Source: Microcoleus sp. (lineage in GTDB: Bacteria > Cyanobacteriota > Cyanobacteriia > Cyanobacteriales > Microcoleaceae). From it: a DNA stretch of 64,000 nt. The stretch spans positions 3,040,001 through 3,104,000 of the forward strand of contig CP181291.1 of NCBI GenBank assembly GCA_052279835.1, in the 5' to 3' direction. Under the pieces are notes generated by a model. It made no database searches. It was given only the letters and a program-made list of their open reading frames with translations, and was not told the origin of the DNA. This document shows positions 12,200 through 23,452 of this stretch, in pieces. Numbering within the stretch: the first letter of the stretch is position 1; each line of letters starts with the position of its first letter. The translations under genes were made by a program, and so were the position numbers.

Positions 12200-12671
12200 T
12201 CGCGTAGCCTCGCTCTTTACCCCACTCTATCCAAGCTGATGCCATCTGTTTTACCCTTCCCCTTTGTTCCGGTTTAATGGGATTTTCACCCGTAATTGCA
12301 TTCAATGCAGCTAACCAGTAAAGGGGATTTTTTTGCAGTTCCGATAGCAACAGCGGCACGACTTTAGATCCCATATTAATAATTTCTTGATATGCAGGAT
12401 GCTGAGACATTTGAGCTGTCGAAGACATTCCCCCAACTTCACTCTGCCATTCCGTAGCAAGAGTATAAAATTTGTCAATTACCTCGATCGCAATTTCAGC
12501 ATTTTGATTGCAAATATCTCGATCGATATTTGCTGCGGGATTTTCTCGTTGCGCGATCGAGCTTTCAATGTTCATCAAGACTAATTCTTCGATGGATACA
12601 TTTATCTCAGCAGCAACTTTTTGTAGCTTCAGCATCAGCAGGTCTGAAATGGCGATCGAGATGGTGTTCAT
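12192..12671 (-). CDS. Hypothetical protein with CopG/RHH-like N-terminus and helical C-terminus
   Basis: Probable start MNTISIAISD at 12671 (the longer ORF overlaps moaA); HPAYQEIINMG..VVPLLL..W..AL..ITGENP motif. Confidence 0.7.
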   Translation of the reverse strand: MNTISIAISDLLMLKLQKVAAEINVSIEELVLMNIESSIAQRENPAANIDRDICNQNAEIAIEVIDKFYTLATEWQSEVGGMSSTAQMSQHPAYQEIINMGSKVVPLLLSELQKNPLYWLAALNAITGENPIKPEQRGRVKQMASAWIEWGKERGYAIE

Positions 12672-12732
12672 CTGACTTACAAAATTGGATGATGTCTTAA
12701 GTGTACCAAATAAATTATCCATTTCGGGTAGT

Positions 12733-13722
12733 TCAGCCGCCGATTTGAGACATGGTGCGGCTGTAATTTCCTTGAGTAGTTCCCGAATCCCGCTGCTTGA
12801 AATTAATCTCCGGTTTAATCTCCAATATCTGCCGCACTCGATCGCGCAATTCGCCCGTAGACACCCCATTCCGTAAAGCCGTTTTCAAGTCAATTTGCCC
12901 GGTTTCGTTCAGCAGACAAGGCCGCAGCCACCCGTCAGCAGACAAACGCATCCGATTGCACCGATCGCAAAAACACTCCGACATCTGACTAATAAACCCT
13001 AAAGTACCCTTCGCCCCCGGAATTTGAAACACATCTGCCGGCCCATTTCCGCGAATTCCCGACTCCGCTAAACCATATTTATCGCTAATTTGTTGCCGCA
13101 AATCTGCCGAAGCAACCCAACCCTTATCGCCAAATAAATCGCCATTCCCGATCGGCATAAACTCAATAAACCGAACGTGCCAATTCCGGTTAATAGTTAA
13201 TGCAGCCAACTCCAATATTTCGCCATCATTCACACCAGGAATTACCACCACATTCAACTTCAGCGGGTTAAATCCAACTTCATAAGCTGCTTGAATACCC
13301 TGCCAAACTTGCATCCAGCGCGATCGGCCGCGACTGCCAATAATCTTATCAAAAGTCTCCGGTTCCAAGGAATCCAAACTAATATTAATCCGGCGCAAAC
13401 CAGCATTGTAGAGATTTTCGGCCATTCCCGCCAGCAAAAAGCCGTTAGTTGTCATTGACAAATCTCGCGTTTGGGGCAAAGATGCGATCGCCCCAACCAA
13501 CTCCACCACCCCAGGGCGCAACAGCGGTTCCCCACCAGTCAACCGAAACTTAGTAAATCCCACAGGTATGAAAACCTCCCGCAGCAAAGTTAGCAATTCC
13601 GAGTGACTTAACAACTGCTGCTGCAAAACATAGTCCAACTCGCTACCTTCCGGCATACAATAGAGACAGCGGAAATTGCAGCGGTCTATCAAACTAATCC
13701 GAAGGTAGTCTACAGGGTTCAT
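12733..13722 (-). CDS. moaA: GTP 3',8-cyclase MoaA
   Basis: [19 protein letters not shown] radical-SAM motif, [10 protein letters not shown]-terminal MSQIGG. Confidence 0.96.
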   Translation of the reverse strand: MNPVDYLRISLIDRCNFRCLYCMPEGSELDYVLQQQLLSHSELLTLLREVFIPVGFTKFRLTGGEPLLRPGVVELVGAIASLPQTRDLSMTTNGFLLAGMAENLYNAGLRRINISLDSLEPETFDKIIGSRGRSRWMQVWQGIQAAYEVGFNPLKLNVVVIPGVNDGEILELAALTINRNWHVRFIEFMPIGNGDLFGDKGWVASADLRQQISDKYGLAESGIRGNGPADVFQIPGAKGTLGFISQMSECFCDRCNRMRLSADGWLRPCLLNETGQIDLKTALRNGVSTGELRDRVRQILEIKPEINFKQRDSGTTQGNYSRTMSQIGG

Positions 13723-13880
13723 GTCAATAGTTTGTAATATTATTTAATTATAAATCCCGACTTGATTTTGTGCAATTATTGATAGAAACCTCAATTTCTG
13801 CTCTATTAACTCTCTTACTCTGCGCTCTCTGCGCTCTCTGCGGTTAAGAAAAAAAATCTAGTTAGCAAATCTATATACCC

Positions 13881-14333
13881 ATGACATTCTTTAAATTTGA
13901 AGCCGACTTTGTAGAAGCCCTCCGCTGCATTCCCATGCAAGTACGTCTAAAGTTAGATACCTGCGGCATCAAACTCAAGTTGCAAGATTGGAATCATTTT
14001 ACTCAAACAGAACGCCAAACACTCGTCGAGCTTCCTTGCGTGACAACGGCAGAAATTTCGACTTACCGAGAATATCTCAACCAAATACTGATTCAACATA
14101 CTGGTGAATCGGGAACAGATTTACCCATCGATGAACATCCGCCCTGGATGGATGCTGCAACCATACCCGAATCTGTGACGGCCAAAGCCCAAGAGCTCGG
14201 CTTGACTATTACGGGGGCACAATGGATGGCTTTGGGGGCGATCGAGCGGTTTGCTTTAATTAAACTTAGTCGATCGAGCCACGAGAATAAAAACTTTCTG
14301 CCGGCGCTTCAAGAGTTTGGCATGATTGAATAA
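13881..14333 (+). CDS. narM: Nitrate reductase-associated protein NarM
   Basis: FFKFEADFVEALRCIPMQVRLKLDTCGIKLKL signature; divergent from moaA. Confidence 0.85.
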   Translation: MTFFKFEADFVEALRCIPMQVRLKLDTCGIKLKLQDWNHFTQTERQTLVELPCVTTAEISTYREYLNQILIQHTGESGTDLPIDEHPPWMDAATIPESVTAKAQELGLTITGAQWMALGAIERFALIKLSRSSHENKNFLPALQEFGMIE

Positions 14334-14683
14334 GCAACCCAACTTTTACTCGTTATCCAGGCGAGGCAGAGCCTCTAGACATCGGTTCCTAGGCAGAGCC
14401 TAGGAACCAGTAATTTCGCACCCTCTACTCGTTACCAGGCTCTGCCTGGTAACGCAGATCCGGAGGCTCTGCCTCCAATTTACCCTTCGCCACGCGAGGC
14501 AGAGCCTCTGGACATCGGTTCCCAGGCCAGAGCCTGGGAACCAGTAACAAGATTTCTGACTCCCTCGACACCAAAACCCAAAAAAATCATTAAATTAATT
14601 TTAAGTATTGTTACCGCAGCGTGGTAATATTTTTCTGAGCTTGCAAAGCACACGCCTGCTACCTGCATTAGTTTCTGAGCTTC

Positions 14684-15136
14684 GTGAACACGCCAAACAC
14701 ACCCACCCAACCCGCACCAGCAACCGAGGATCTTCCTCAAACTGGCACTGTCTCGACAGTCTCGTCAGAGACAGGTAATTCCATGCAAGACTTCTATCGC
14801 CTTCAACAAGAGTTGTTGGTTTACACCCTTGCGTTTACAGGGATAATCTTTATCTCCGTTTGGATTTTTTACTCGCTCAACATTGCCCTGAATTATTTGC
14901 TAGGGGCGATCGCAGGTGTGGTTTACTTAAAGATGTTGGCTAGAGATGTTGAGCGAATCGGTAGCCAAAATCAGAAGATTAGTAAGACAAGGCTCGGTCT
15001 GCTTATTGGGTTGATGATAGTAGCAGCTCGGTTAGACCAGTTACAGATTTTACCAATATTTTTGGGATTTCTGACTTACAAAATTTCGCTGATGATTTAC
15101 GTGTTGCGAAGTGCATTAGCACCAGACTACAGGTAG
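14684..15136 (+). CDS. atpI: ATP synthase protein I (Atp1)
   Basis: First gene of the atp operon; [25 protein letters not shown], hydrophobic; exact start uncertain. Confidence 0.88.
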   Translation: MNTPNTPTQPAPATEDLPQTGTVSTVSSETGNSMQDFYRLQQELLVYTLAFTGIIFISVWIFYSLNIALNYLLGAIAGVVYLKMLARDVERIGSQNQKISKTRLGLLIGLMIVAARLDQLQILPIFLGFLTYKISLMIYVLRSALAPDYR

Positions 15137-15186
15137 GTCAGGCAATCTAGCAATACTCAACTCATAGATTTGGGGAAACCCGTTGA

Positions 15187-15945
15187 ATGGCAATGCTTGA
15201 CGTTCTAAACACCTTTAATCGTTTCCCCCTGGCAGAATTGGAAGTTGGCCAGCAGTTGTACTGGCAACTGGGCAATCTGAAAGTGCATGGGCAGGTTTTT
15301 CTAACCTCGTGGTTTGTAATTGCCGTTTTAGTCATTGTTTCGCTTTTAGGAAGCCGCAAAATCCAACGAATTCCCAGCGGAATGCAGAATTTAATGGAGT
15401 ATGCGCTGGAATTTATTCGCGACTTGGCTAAAAACCAAATTGGGGAAAAAGAATATCGCCCCTGGGTACCTTTTGTTGGTACATTATTTTTGTTCATCTT
15501 TGTGTCAAACTGGTCTGGCGCTCTCATTCCTTGGAAGCTGATTAAGCTACCATCGGGAGAATTGGGAGCACCTACGGCTGACATCAACACGACGGTAGCA
15601 TTTGCACTGCTGACTTCTCTAGCATATTTTTATGCAGGTCTCAGCAAAAGTGGCTTGGGGTATTTCGCCCACTATGTAGAACCGGTACCTTTTATGTTGC
15701 CGTTCAAAATCATAGAAGATTTTACTAAGCCTCTTTCGCTAAGTTTCCGTTTGTTTGGTAACATCCTCGCTGACGAATTGGTTGTCGGAGTGCTGGTGTT
15801 GCTAGTGCCTTTATTTGTGCCTTTGCCAGTAATGGTTCTGGGACTATTTACAAGTGCCATTCAAGCTTTGATTTTTGCTACCCTAGCAGCAGCCTATATT
15901 GGTGAAGCTCTAGAGGGCGGTCACGGTGAAGAACATCACGATTAA
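15187..15945 (+). CDS. atpB: F0F1 ATP synthase subunit a
   Basis: [34 protein letters not shown]. Confidence 0.97.
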   Translation: MAMLDVLNTFNRFPLAELEVGQQLYWQLGNLKVHGQVFLTSWFVIAVLVIVSLLGSRKIQRIPSGMQNLMEYALEFIRDLAKNQIGEKEYRPWVPFVGTLFLFIFVSNWSGALIPWKLIKLPSGELGAPTADINTTVAFALLTSLAYFYAGLSKSGLGYFAHYVEPVPFMLPFKIIEDFTKPLSLSFRLFGNILADELVVGVLVLLVPLFVPLPVMVLGLFTSAIQALIFATLAAAYIGEALEGGHGEEHHD

Positions 15946-16057
15946 ATAACGATAAACGACGCAGAATGAAAGAGAAAAATTAAATTTCTCAGTTCAAACT
16001 TGCCGTCGTAAAATCGGACGATTCTGTAGACTTTCTGTTCTCAATTTTGTACTTTAG

Positions 16058-16318
<261 letters not shown>

Positions 16319-16418
16319 TAATTTGGGGTCGGAGATTTTGGATTTTGGATGGTAATTAAACTCCAAAATCCAAAATCTATAATCTCAAATAGAATTAGGT
16401 GGGAGCCGTCAAAAAAAA

Positions 16419-16904
16419 ATGATGCACTGGACAGTATTACTAGCAGTTGAAGAAGCAGCAAAAGAAGGCGGACTTTTTGATATTGATGCTACGCTGCCTC
16501 TGATGGCGGTGCAGTTTTTGATTTTAGTCGCAGTCTTGAATGTAATTTTTTATAAGCCGCTCACCAAGTCCATTGAGGAACGGGCAGATTACATTCGTAA
16601 CACTCAAGTTGCAGCGAAAGATCGCTTGGCAAAAGCTCAGCAACTAGCGCAGGAGTACGAGCAAAAACTGGGAGATACTCGCAGGGAATCTCAAAAGGTA
16701 ATTGCTGTGGCTCAAGCAGATGCTCAGAAAATTGCTGCGGCGAAAGTAGCTGAGGCTCAAAAAGAAGCTCAAGTCGCGCGAGAAAAAGCAGGACAAGAGA
16801 TTGAGCAGCAAAAGCAAGATGCAATGCGATCGCTAGAACAAGAAGTGGACTCCCTGAGCCACCAAATTCTAGAGAAGCTATTAGGGCCGGAGCTGGTCAA
16901 ATAG
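16419..16904 (+). CDS. atpF2: F0F1 ATP synthase subunit b' (cyanobacterial atpG)
   Basis: [17 protein letters not shown] followed by coiled coil. Confidence 0.95.
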   Translation: MMHWTVLLAVEEAAKEGGLFDIDATLPLMAVQFLILVAVLNVIFYKPLTKSIEERADYIRNTQVAAKDRLAKAQQLAQEYEQKLGDTRRESQKVIAVAQADAQKIAAAKVAEAQKEAQVAREKAGQEIEQQKQDAMRSLEQEVDSLSHQILEKLLGPELVK

Positions 16905-16991
16905 TGAAATTGAATGGTTTTAGATTTTGGAAGAAATCTAAAATCTCAAATTGGTTCAGCCAACCTGCACGCGCAATTATGGAAGACTATC

Positions 16992-17519
16992 ATGGGGACT
17001 GTTTTATTGCTAGCCACAGAAGCTAGCCGGGAAGGTGGTTTCGGTTTCAATTTTGATATTTTAGAAACCAATCTGATTAACCTGGTCATTATTATTGCAG
17101 TGCTGTTTTATTTCGGGCGCGGTTTTTTAGGAAATATCCTAAATGAGCGGCGCACGGGCATAGAAGAGGCGATTTTAGAAGCAGAAAAACGCCAAAAAGA
17201 AGCCGCAGCAGCTCTCGCAGAGCAACAGCAAAAATTGACTCAAGCGCAAGCAGAAGCAGAACGAATTCGTACTTCGGCTCAAGAAACTGCCCAGAAAGCC
17301 AAAGAAGCAATTCTAGCAACTGCGGCGCAGGACGTTGAACGCATGAAAGCAACAGCAGGTCAAGAGTTGGAATCGGAGCGGGAAAGAGCGATCGCCCAAA
17401 TCAGATCTGCGGTTGTATCTATGGCATTAGCAAAGGTGGAAAGCCAGCTAAAAACTAGCTTGAACGAAAACGCTCAACACCAATTAATCGATCGCAGCAT
17501 TGCCTTACTGGGAGGCTAA
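16992..17519 (+). CDS. atpF: F0F1 ATP synthase subunit b
   Basis: [11 protein letters not shown]; probable start [10 protein letters not shown] at 16992. Confidence 0.95.
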   Translation: MGTVLLLATEASREGGFGFNFDILETNLINLVIIIAVLFYFGRGFLGNILNERRTGIEEAILEAEKRQKEAAAALAEQQQKLTQAQAEAERIRTSAQETAQKAKEAILATAAQDVERMKATAGQELESERERAIAQIRSAVVSMALAKVESQLKTSLNENAQHQLIDRSIALLGG

Positions 17520-17522
17520 AAC

Positions 17523-18068
17523 GTGAGTAAAATCAACACACAAGTTTTACAGCCTTACGCATCGGCTTTGATGTCATTGGCTAAGTCTAACAATCTTTCA
17601 GAACAGTTCGGGAATGATATTCGTTCCTTACTGAGTATGCTAGAAAGTTCTGAGGAACTGCGTCAATTTTTAGCTAATCCTCTGGTTAAACCAGATGCTA
17701 AAAAAGCAGTAATTCAGCAAATAACAGGGGAAGAAATAAACCCTTTGATGCGAAGCTTTCTAAGCCTGTTAGTAGACAAAGGAAGAATTCTTTTTTTAGA
17801 AGGAATTGGTAAACAATACTTGACCCAACTCCGAGAACTCAACCAAACTGTATTGGCTGAAGTTACCTCGGCTGTACCGCTGTCAGAAGCTCAACAGCAG
17901 ACTGTTAGTGAAAAAGTACAGGCAATGACCGGCGCAAGGCAAGTGGAAATTGAAACCAAAATTGACGCAGATTTAATTGGCGGTGTGGTAATTAAAGTAG
18001 GCTCTCAAGTGATTGATGCCAGCCTGCGAGGACAATTACGCCGTCTGGGAATTCGCTTGGCTTCTTGA
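17523..18068 (+). CDS. atpH: F0F1 ATP synthase subunit delta
   Basis: PYASALMSLA, IDADLIGGVVIKVGSQVIDASLRGQL. Confidence 0.96.
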   Translation: MSKINTQVLQPYASALMSLAKSNNLSEQFGNDIRSLLSMLESSEELRQFLANPLVKPDAKKAVIQQITGEEINPLMRSFLSLLVDKGRILFLEGIGKQYLTQLRELNQTVLAEVTSAVPLSEAQQQTVSEKVQAMTGARQVEIETKIDADLIGGVVIKVGSQVIDASLRGQLRRLGIRLAS

Positions 18069-18221
18069 GAGAAGAAGGAAGAAGGAAGAAGGAAGAAGGA
18101 AGAAGGGAAACAGGAACTAGGCATAAGTTAATTTTTATTACCTAGTGGTCAATCCTCAATTCTTAGTACCAAATCCAAACGCTTTTTTTACCTAAAACAT
18201 CGACAGACAACTGACAACTGA

Positions 18222-19754
<1,533 letters not shown>

Positions 19755-20100
19755 TTAGTCTTTAGTCATCAGTCATTAGTCATTAGTTAAGTTTCGATCC
19801 CCCCTAGCCCCCCTTATTAAGGGGGGGACAAGAGTGTTCAAAGTCTCCCGACTATCAGGGAGAGAATGGAAGCATTCAAAGTCCCCTTTAAGAAAGGAGA
19901 AACTAGAAGCACTCAAAGTCCCCCTTCTTAAGGGGGATTTAGGGGGATCGAGACTTCGAGACAAACGAGAGAGGCAGAAGGTTTCAGTCTTACAGTTGAT
20001 ACAAATCGGCTATGCCATGTCTCTACCGTAGCTAAATTTAAAAACTGATGGCTGGGAACTAAGAACTCATAAATAAAAGCTAAGGAAAAAGGAGAAAATT

Positions 20101-21051
20101 ATGGCAAATCTGAAAACTATTCGCGATCGCATTAAGTCGGTCAAGAACACTAAAAAGATTACAGAAGCAATGCGCTTGGTGGCTGCTGCAAAGGTGCGCC
20201 GCGCTCAAGAACAGGTTACTGCAACTCGGCCTTTTGCCGATCGCCTCGCAGAAGTATTGTACGGTTTGGCGGAACGGTTGCAGTTTGAAAACTTGGATTT
20301 GCCGCTGTTGAAGAAACGGGAAGTTAAGACTGTGGGGCTTTTGGTCGTTTCGGGCGATCGGGGTTTGTGCGGTGGCTACAACGGAAACATCATCAAATAC
20401 GCCGAAAATCGTGCCAAAGAACTGAAAGCCGAAGGCGTAGAGTACAAATTTGTGTTGGTAGGACGGAAAGCTACTCAGTATTTCCAGCGCCGGGAACAGC
20501 CGATTGATGCGACTTACACTAACTTGGAACAAATTCCAACAGCACCGGAAGCAGCGATGATTGCTGACGAATTGTTGTCGCTATTCTTATCAGGAACTGT
20601 GGACAGAATTGAGTTAATTTACACCAAGTTTGTGTCGTTAATTAGTTCTCGTCCAGTGATTCAAACCTTGCTACCTCTCGACCCCCAAGGTTTGGAAACT
20701 GCTGATGATGAAATCTTCCGTTTGACTTCCCAAGGCGGAGAGTTTAAAGTCTCGCGGGAAAAGGTTTCTGCACCTACGAAGAGTTTGCCACGCGACATGA
20801 TTTTCGAGCAAGATCCAGCGCAAATTTTGGATGCTCTTTTGCCATTGTATTTGAACAACCAATTGCTGCGGGCTTTGCAAGAGTCTGCGGCGAGTGAGTT
20901 GGCTGCGCGGATGACTGCGATGAATAATGCTAGTGAGAATGCTAGTGATTTGATTGGTAGTTTGACGCTGACTTATAACAAGGCGCGGCAAGCGGCAATT
21001 ACTCAGGAAATCCTGGAAGTTTGCGGCGGTGCTGAGGCTTTGAATGGTTAG
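20101..21051 (+). CDS. atpG: F0F1 ATP synthase subunit gamma (cyanobacterial atpC)
   Basis: [37 protein letters not shown]. Confidence 0.98.
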   Translation: MANLKTIRDRIKSVKNTKKITEAMRLVAAAKVRRAQEQVTATRPFADRLAEVLYGLAERLQFENLDLPLLKKREVKTVGLLVVSGDRGLCGGYNGNIIKYAENRAKELKAEGVEYKFVLVGRKATQYFQRREQPIDATYTNLEQIPTAPEAAMIADELLSLFLSGTVDRIELIYTKFVSLISSRPVIQTLLPLDPQGLETADDEIFRLTSQGGEFKVSREKVSAPTKSLPRDMIFEQDPAQILDALLPLYLNNQLLRALQESAASELAARMTAMNNASENASDLIGSLTLTYNKARQAAITQEILEVCGGAEALNG

Positions 21052-21084
21052 GTTAGGGTTGACAATTTGTTGATTTTATGCTAG

Positions 21085-21114
21085 GCGTCTGGGGGAACTC
21101 AGGCGCTTTTTTTT
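21085..21114 (+). terminator. Intrinsic terminator of the atp operon
   Basis: GCGTCTG..CAGGCGC hairpin followed by T8. Confidence 0.75.
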
Positions 21115-21193
21115 AAGATGATTCGGCGGTTGAAACCGCTGCTACACACACGAAGTCCGCCTGCGCGGACTAAGAATAAGAAGGATATTTAAA

Positions 21194-21490
21194 TTAGACT
21201 GTGTTCCCACGTTCTTCTAACCACCGCTGAAATGATTTCTGACTTTCTCCAGATGGTTTACCGAGAATGATATTTTTGACGCTAATATCTTCGTCAATAT
21301 CAGGCCAGTGGATTCCCTGATTTTCACCAATAAATCGCCAATTATTGCGCTCGATCGGTGTACCATGCAATAGCCGAGGATACCAAGCTAAAGGAACAGA
21401 AATAGTACGACCATCGGATAGATCGACTGTTAGCGCGTCGTCTGTAACGACTACGTTTTGTGCTTGGGGGATTTCTAGCAATTCAACCAT
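21194..21490 (-). CDS. DUF2442 family protein (orphan TA component)
   Basis: VDLSDGRTISVPLAWYPRLLH and GIHWPDIDEDIS. Confidence 0.85.
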   Translation of the reverse strand: MVELLEIPQAQNVVVTDDALTVDLSDGRTISVPLAWYPRLLHGTPIERNNWRFIGENQGIHWPDIDEDISVKNIILGKPSGESQKSFQRWLEERGNTV

Positions 21491-21545
21491 TAAAGTAGTT
21501 ATGATAAAATATCAAAATGTATATATTTTAAAGCTTTAAACCTAT

Positions 21546-21731
21546 ATGAATGACAAAAAGACTGTGGCTATTAGAGTAGAAATGCCACCGGATCTGCGGA
21601 ACCGATTTAAGTCGGCTGTTGCTAGGGATGGTAAAAATATGAGGGATGTTTTGCTGGAATTTATGGAGGGATATGTCGTGAAGGCTGAGCAACTTAAAAT
21701 AGAAGCAACTCAAAACCAAAACAACACATAG
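21546..21731 (+). CDS. ParG-like ribbon-helix-helix DNA-binding protein
   Basis: IRVEMPPDLRNRFKSAVARDGKNMRDVL pattern, 61 aa. Confidence 0.7.
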   Translation: MNDKKTVAIRVEMPPDLRNRFKSAVARDGKNMRDVLLEFMEGYVVKAEQLKIEATQNQNNT

Positions 21732-21769
21732 CTGCTGGGTACAGCGAACGAAATTGACTGGATGATCGG

Positions 21770-21982
21770 CTATTCCTGGACAATTTCCACCAAATCTTCG
21801 ATCATTACATCAAAGGTGCGAGCCAATTTGTGTATGGAAATGAAGTCAATGGTTGACACTCCCGGACAGCGGGCGTAGTGTCTGACGGTGCTGTAAATGA
21901 CTCCCGATCGCTCTGAAACTTCTTTCAGCGTCCAACCTTTCTCAGCAGCAAATTCTCTGACTTTTAGTCTGACTAAACCCAT
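21770..21982 (-). CDS. XRE-family HTH regulator, copy 1 of 3
   Basis: MGLVRLKVREFAAEKGWTLKEVSERSGV; start placed by alignment with the two paralogs. Confidence 0.88.
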   Translation of the reverse strand: MGLVRLKVREFAAEKGWTLKEVSERSGVIYSTVRHYARCPGVSTIDFISIHKLARTFDVMIEDLVEIVQE

Positions 21983-22038
21983 ACTTGACAAATGATGGTA
22001 AACCATCATGAGATATTTTTATCCCAAAAGGCGATCGC

Positions 22039-22251
22039 CTAATCTTCGACAATCTCATACAAATCTTCGACCATCACGTCAAAAGTCCTCGCCAACTTGT
22101 CTAAGGCTGTGACGTCAATTGTTGCTAATCCGGGCGATCGGGCATAGGTTCTCAGCGTACTGTAGACTACGCCCGATCGCTCTGAAACCTCTTTGATCGT
22201 CCAGCCTTTCTCAGCAGCAAATTCTCTAACCCGCAATCTAATTAAGCCCAT
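22039..22251 (-). CDS. XRE-family HTH regulator, copy 2 of 3
   Basis: 70-aa paralog ending KLARTFDVMVEDLYEIVED. Confidence 0.88.
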   Translation of the reverse strand: MGLIRLRVREFAAEKGWTIKEVSERSGVVYSTLRTYARSPGLATIDVTALDKLARTFDVMVEDLYEIVED

Positions 22252-22308
22252 AAGCTATTGAGATGTGATTGATATAAGTCATAGGATTGTACTGTAAAAG
22301 GCGATCGG

Positions 22309-22521
22309 CTACTCTTTGACGACCTCAACCAAATCTTCCACCATCACGTCAAAAGTACGTGCCAACTTGAGCAAACAAGTAAAATCAACCATTGCCATTC
22401 CTGGAGAACGCGAATAGGTGCTGAGGGTGCTGTAGTTGACTCCCGATCGGTCAGAAACCTCTTTGATCGTCCAGCCTTTCTCGCCAGCAAATTCTCTAAC
22501 CCGCAATCTAATTAAACCCAT
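22309..22521 (-). CDS. XRE-family HTH regulator, copy 3 of 3
   Basis: 70-aa paralog ending KLARTFDVMVEDLVEVVKE. Confidence 0.88.
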   Translation of the reverse strand: MGLIRLRVREFAGEKGWTIKEVSDRSGVNYSTLSTYSRSPGMAMVDFTCLLKLARTFDVMVEDLVEVVKE

Positions 22522-22552
22522 TGACAGACCACTAGATTTAGTATATTATAAT
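22521..22552 (+). promoter_or_regulatory. Divergent sigma70-like promoter overlapping the XRE start codon, with palindromic spacer
   Basis: TTGACA(22521)-17-TATTAT(22544); spacer contains ACTAGATTTAGT (5 of 6 pairs palindromic). Confidence 0.6.
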
Positions 22553-22678
22553 TTTATCGTAAAAAGCGATCGCCCCAACGTCTGGAAAACTTAAAGACGA
22601 TCGCCTATCAAAGTTCAAATCCCATCAAGTGAGATTTATTAACCATCTGAAATTCCCATCAAGTGGGATGTACGAACC

Positions 22679-23122
22679 ATGTTAACAAAATTTTCGCGAA
22701 AATCAACCCCCAGACACAGATTGAGCCGGTTTGTGACAAAAGAGGCGATCGCGCGGCTGCTGAAAATCAAGGTAGAACAAATATATCGCTTCGAGTGCTG
22801 GGCGCATATCCTGTACGTGCACGCCCGAGGGATGAGTCGGTTTGTCAGTTATGCCGACTTTGGGCCTGTTTTGGGAGTGGAATCGCCATCGGGTTTAGAT
22901 TTTGCTTATTGGAAGCGGCGGATGGCGAGTCTGAAGGAGAGATACGCGCCGGATTTTTGGGTGGATTTCTATGGGGATAAATTTCGGGAGGCTGTTTCTG
23001 TTGCTGAATTGTTGGAGTGGGGGGAGTTAGTTGGGGCGATCAAATTGATGTTAAGTGCGATCGATCTTAAGTCGCTGCGAAAGGTTTATGTGCAAGAGAA
23101 ATCTCTGCTGGAACATTTCTAA
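22679..23122 (+). CDS. Hypothetical protein divergent from the XRE array
   Basis: 147-aa ORF, IYRFECWAHILYVH..SRFVSYAD; downstream of the promoter above. Confidence 0.7.
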   Translation: MLTKFSRKSTPRHRLSRFVTKEAIARLLKIKVEQIYRFECWAHILYVHARGMSRFVSYADFGPVLGVESPSGLDFAYWKRRMASLKERYAPDFWVDFYGDKFREAVSVAELLEWGELVGAIKLMLSAIDLKSLRKVYVQEKSLLEHF

Positions 23123-23452
23123 ATTATGACTAAAACACGGGTGATTAGAAACCGGGTTTTTTTGAGAAAATACGGCATCCCAGCCCTTAACTAAGTGAAA
23201 AACCCGGTTTCTTTGCTGTGGTTAGAAACCGGGTTTTTTTGAGAAAATACGGCATCCCAGCCTTTAACTAAGTGAAAAACCCGGTTTCTTTGCTGTGCGT
23301 AACTCCCATCAACTCCAGTCCCCTCCTGTAGGGGCGGTGGATGGTGCGTGCCCGCTAGGGCTCAGCCACAAATATTCAAAAAATTGGTTCAAGCTCGACA
23401 GCAACACTTATAATCTCTCCATGTGCTTCCCTCTCTACCCCTCGTTAAGCCC

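Noticed and set aside
13723..13880. NtcA box between moaA and narM
   Set aside because: No GTA-N8-TAC match found on reading
23145..23298. Two 77-bp tandem palindromic units as a possible CRISPR array
   Set aside because: Only two units with near-identical cores, members of a dispersed inverted-repeat family; no cas genes
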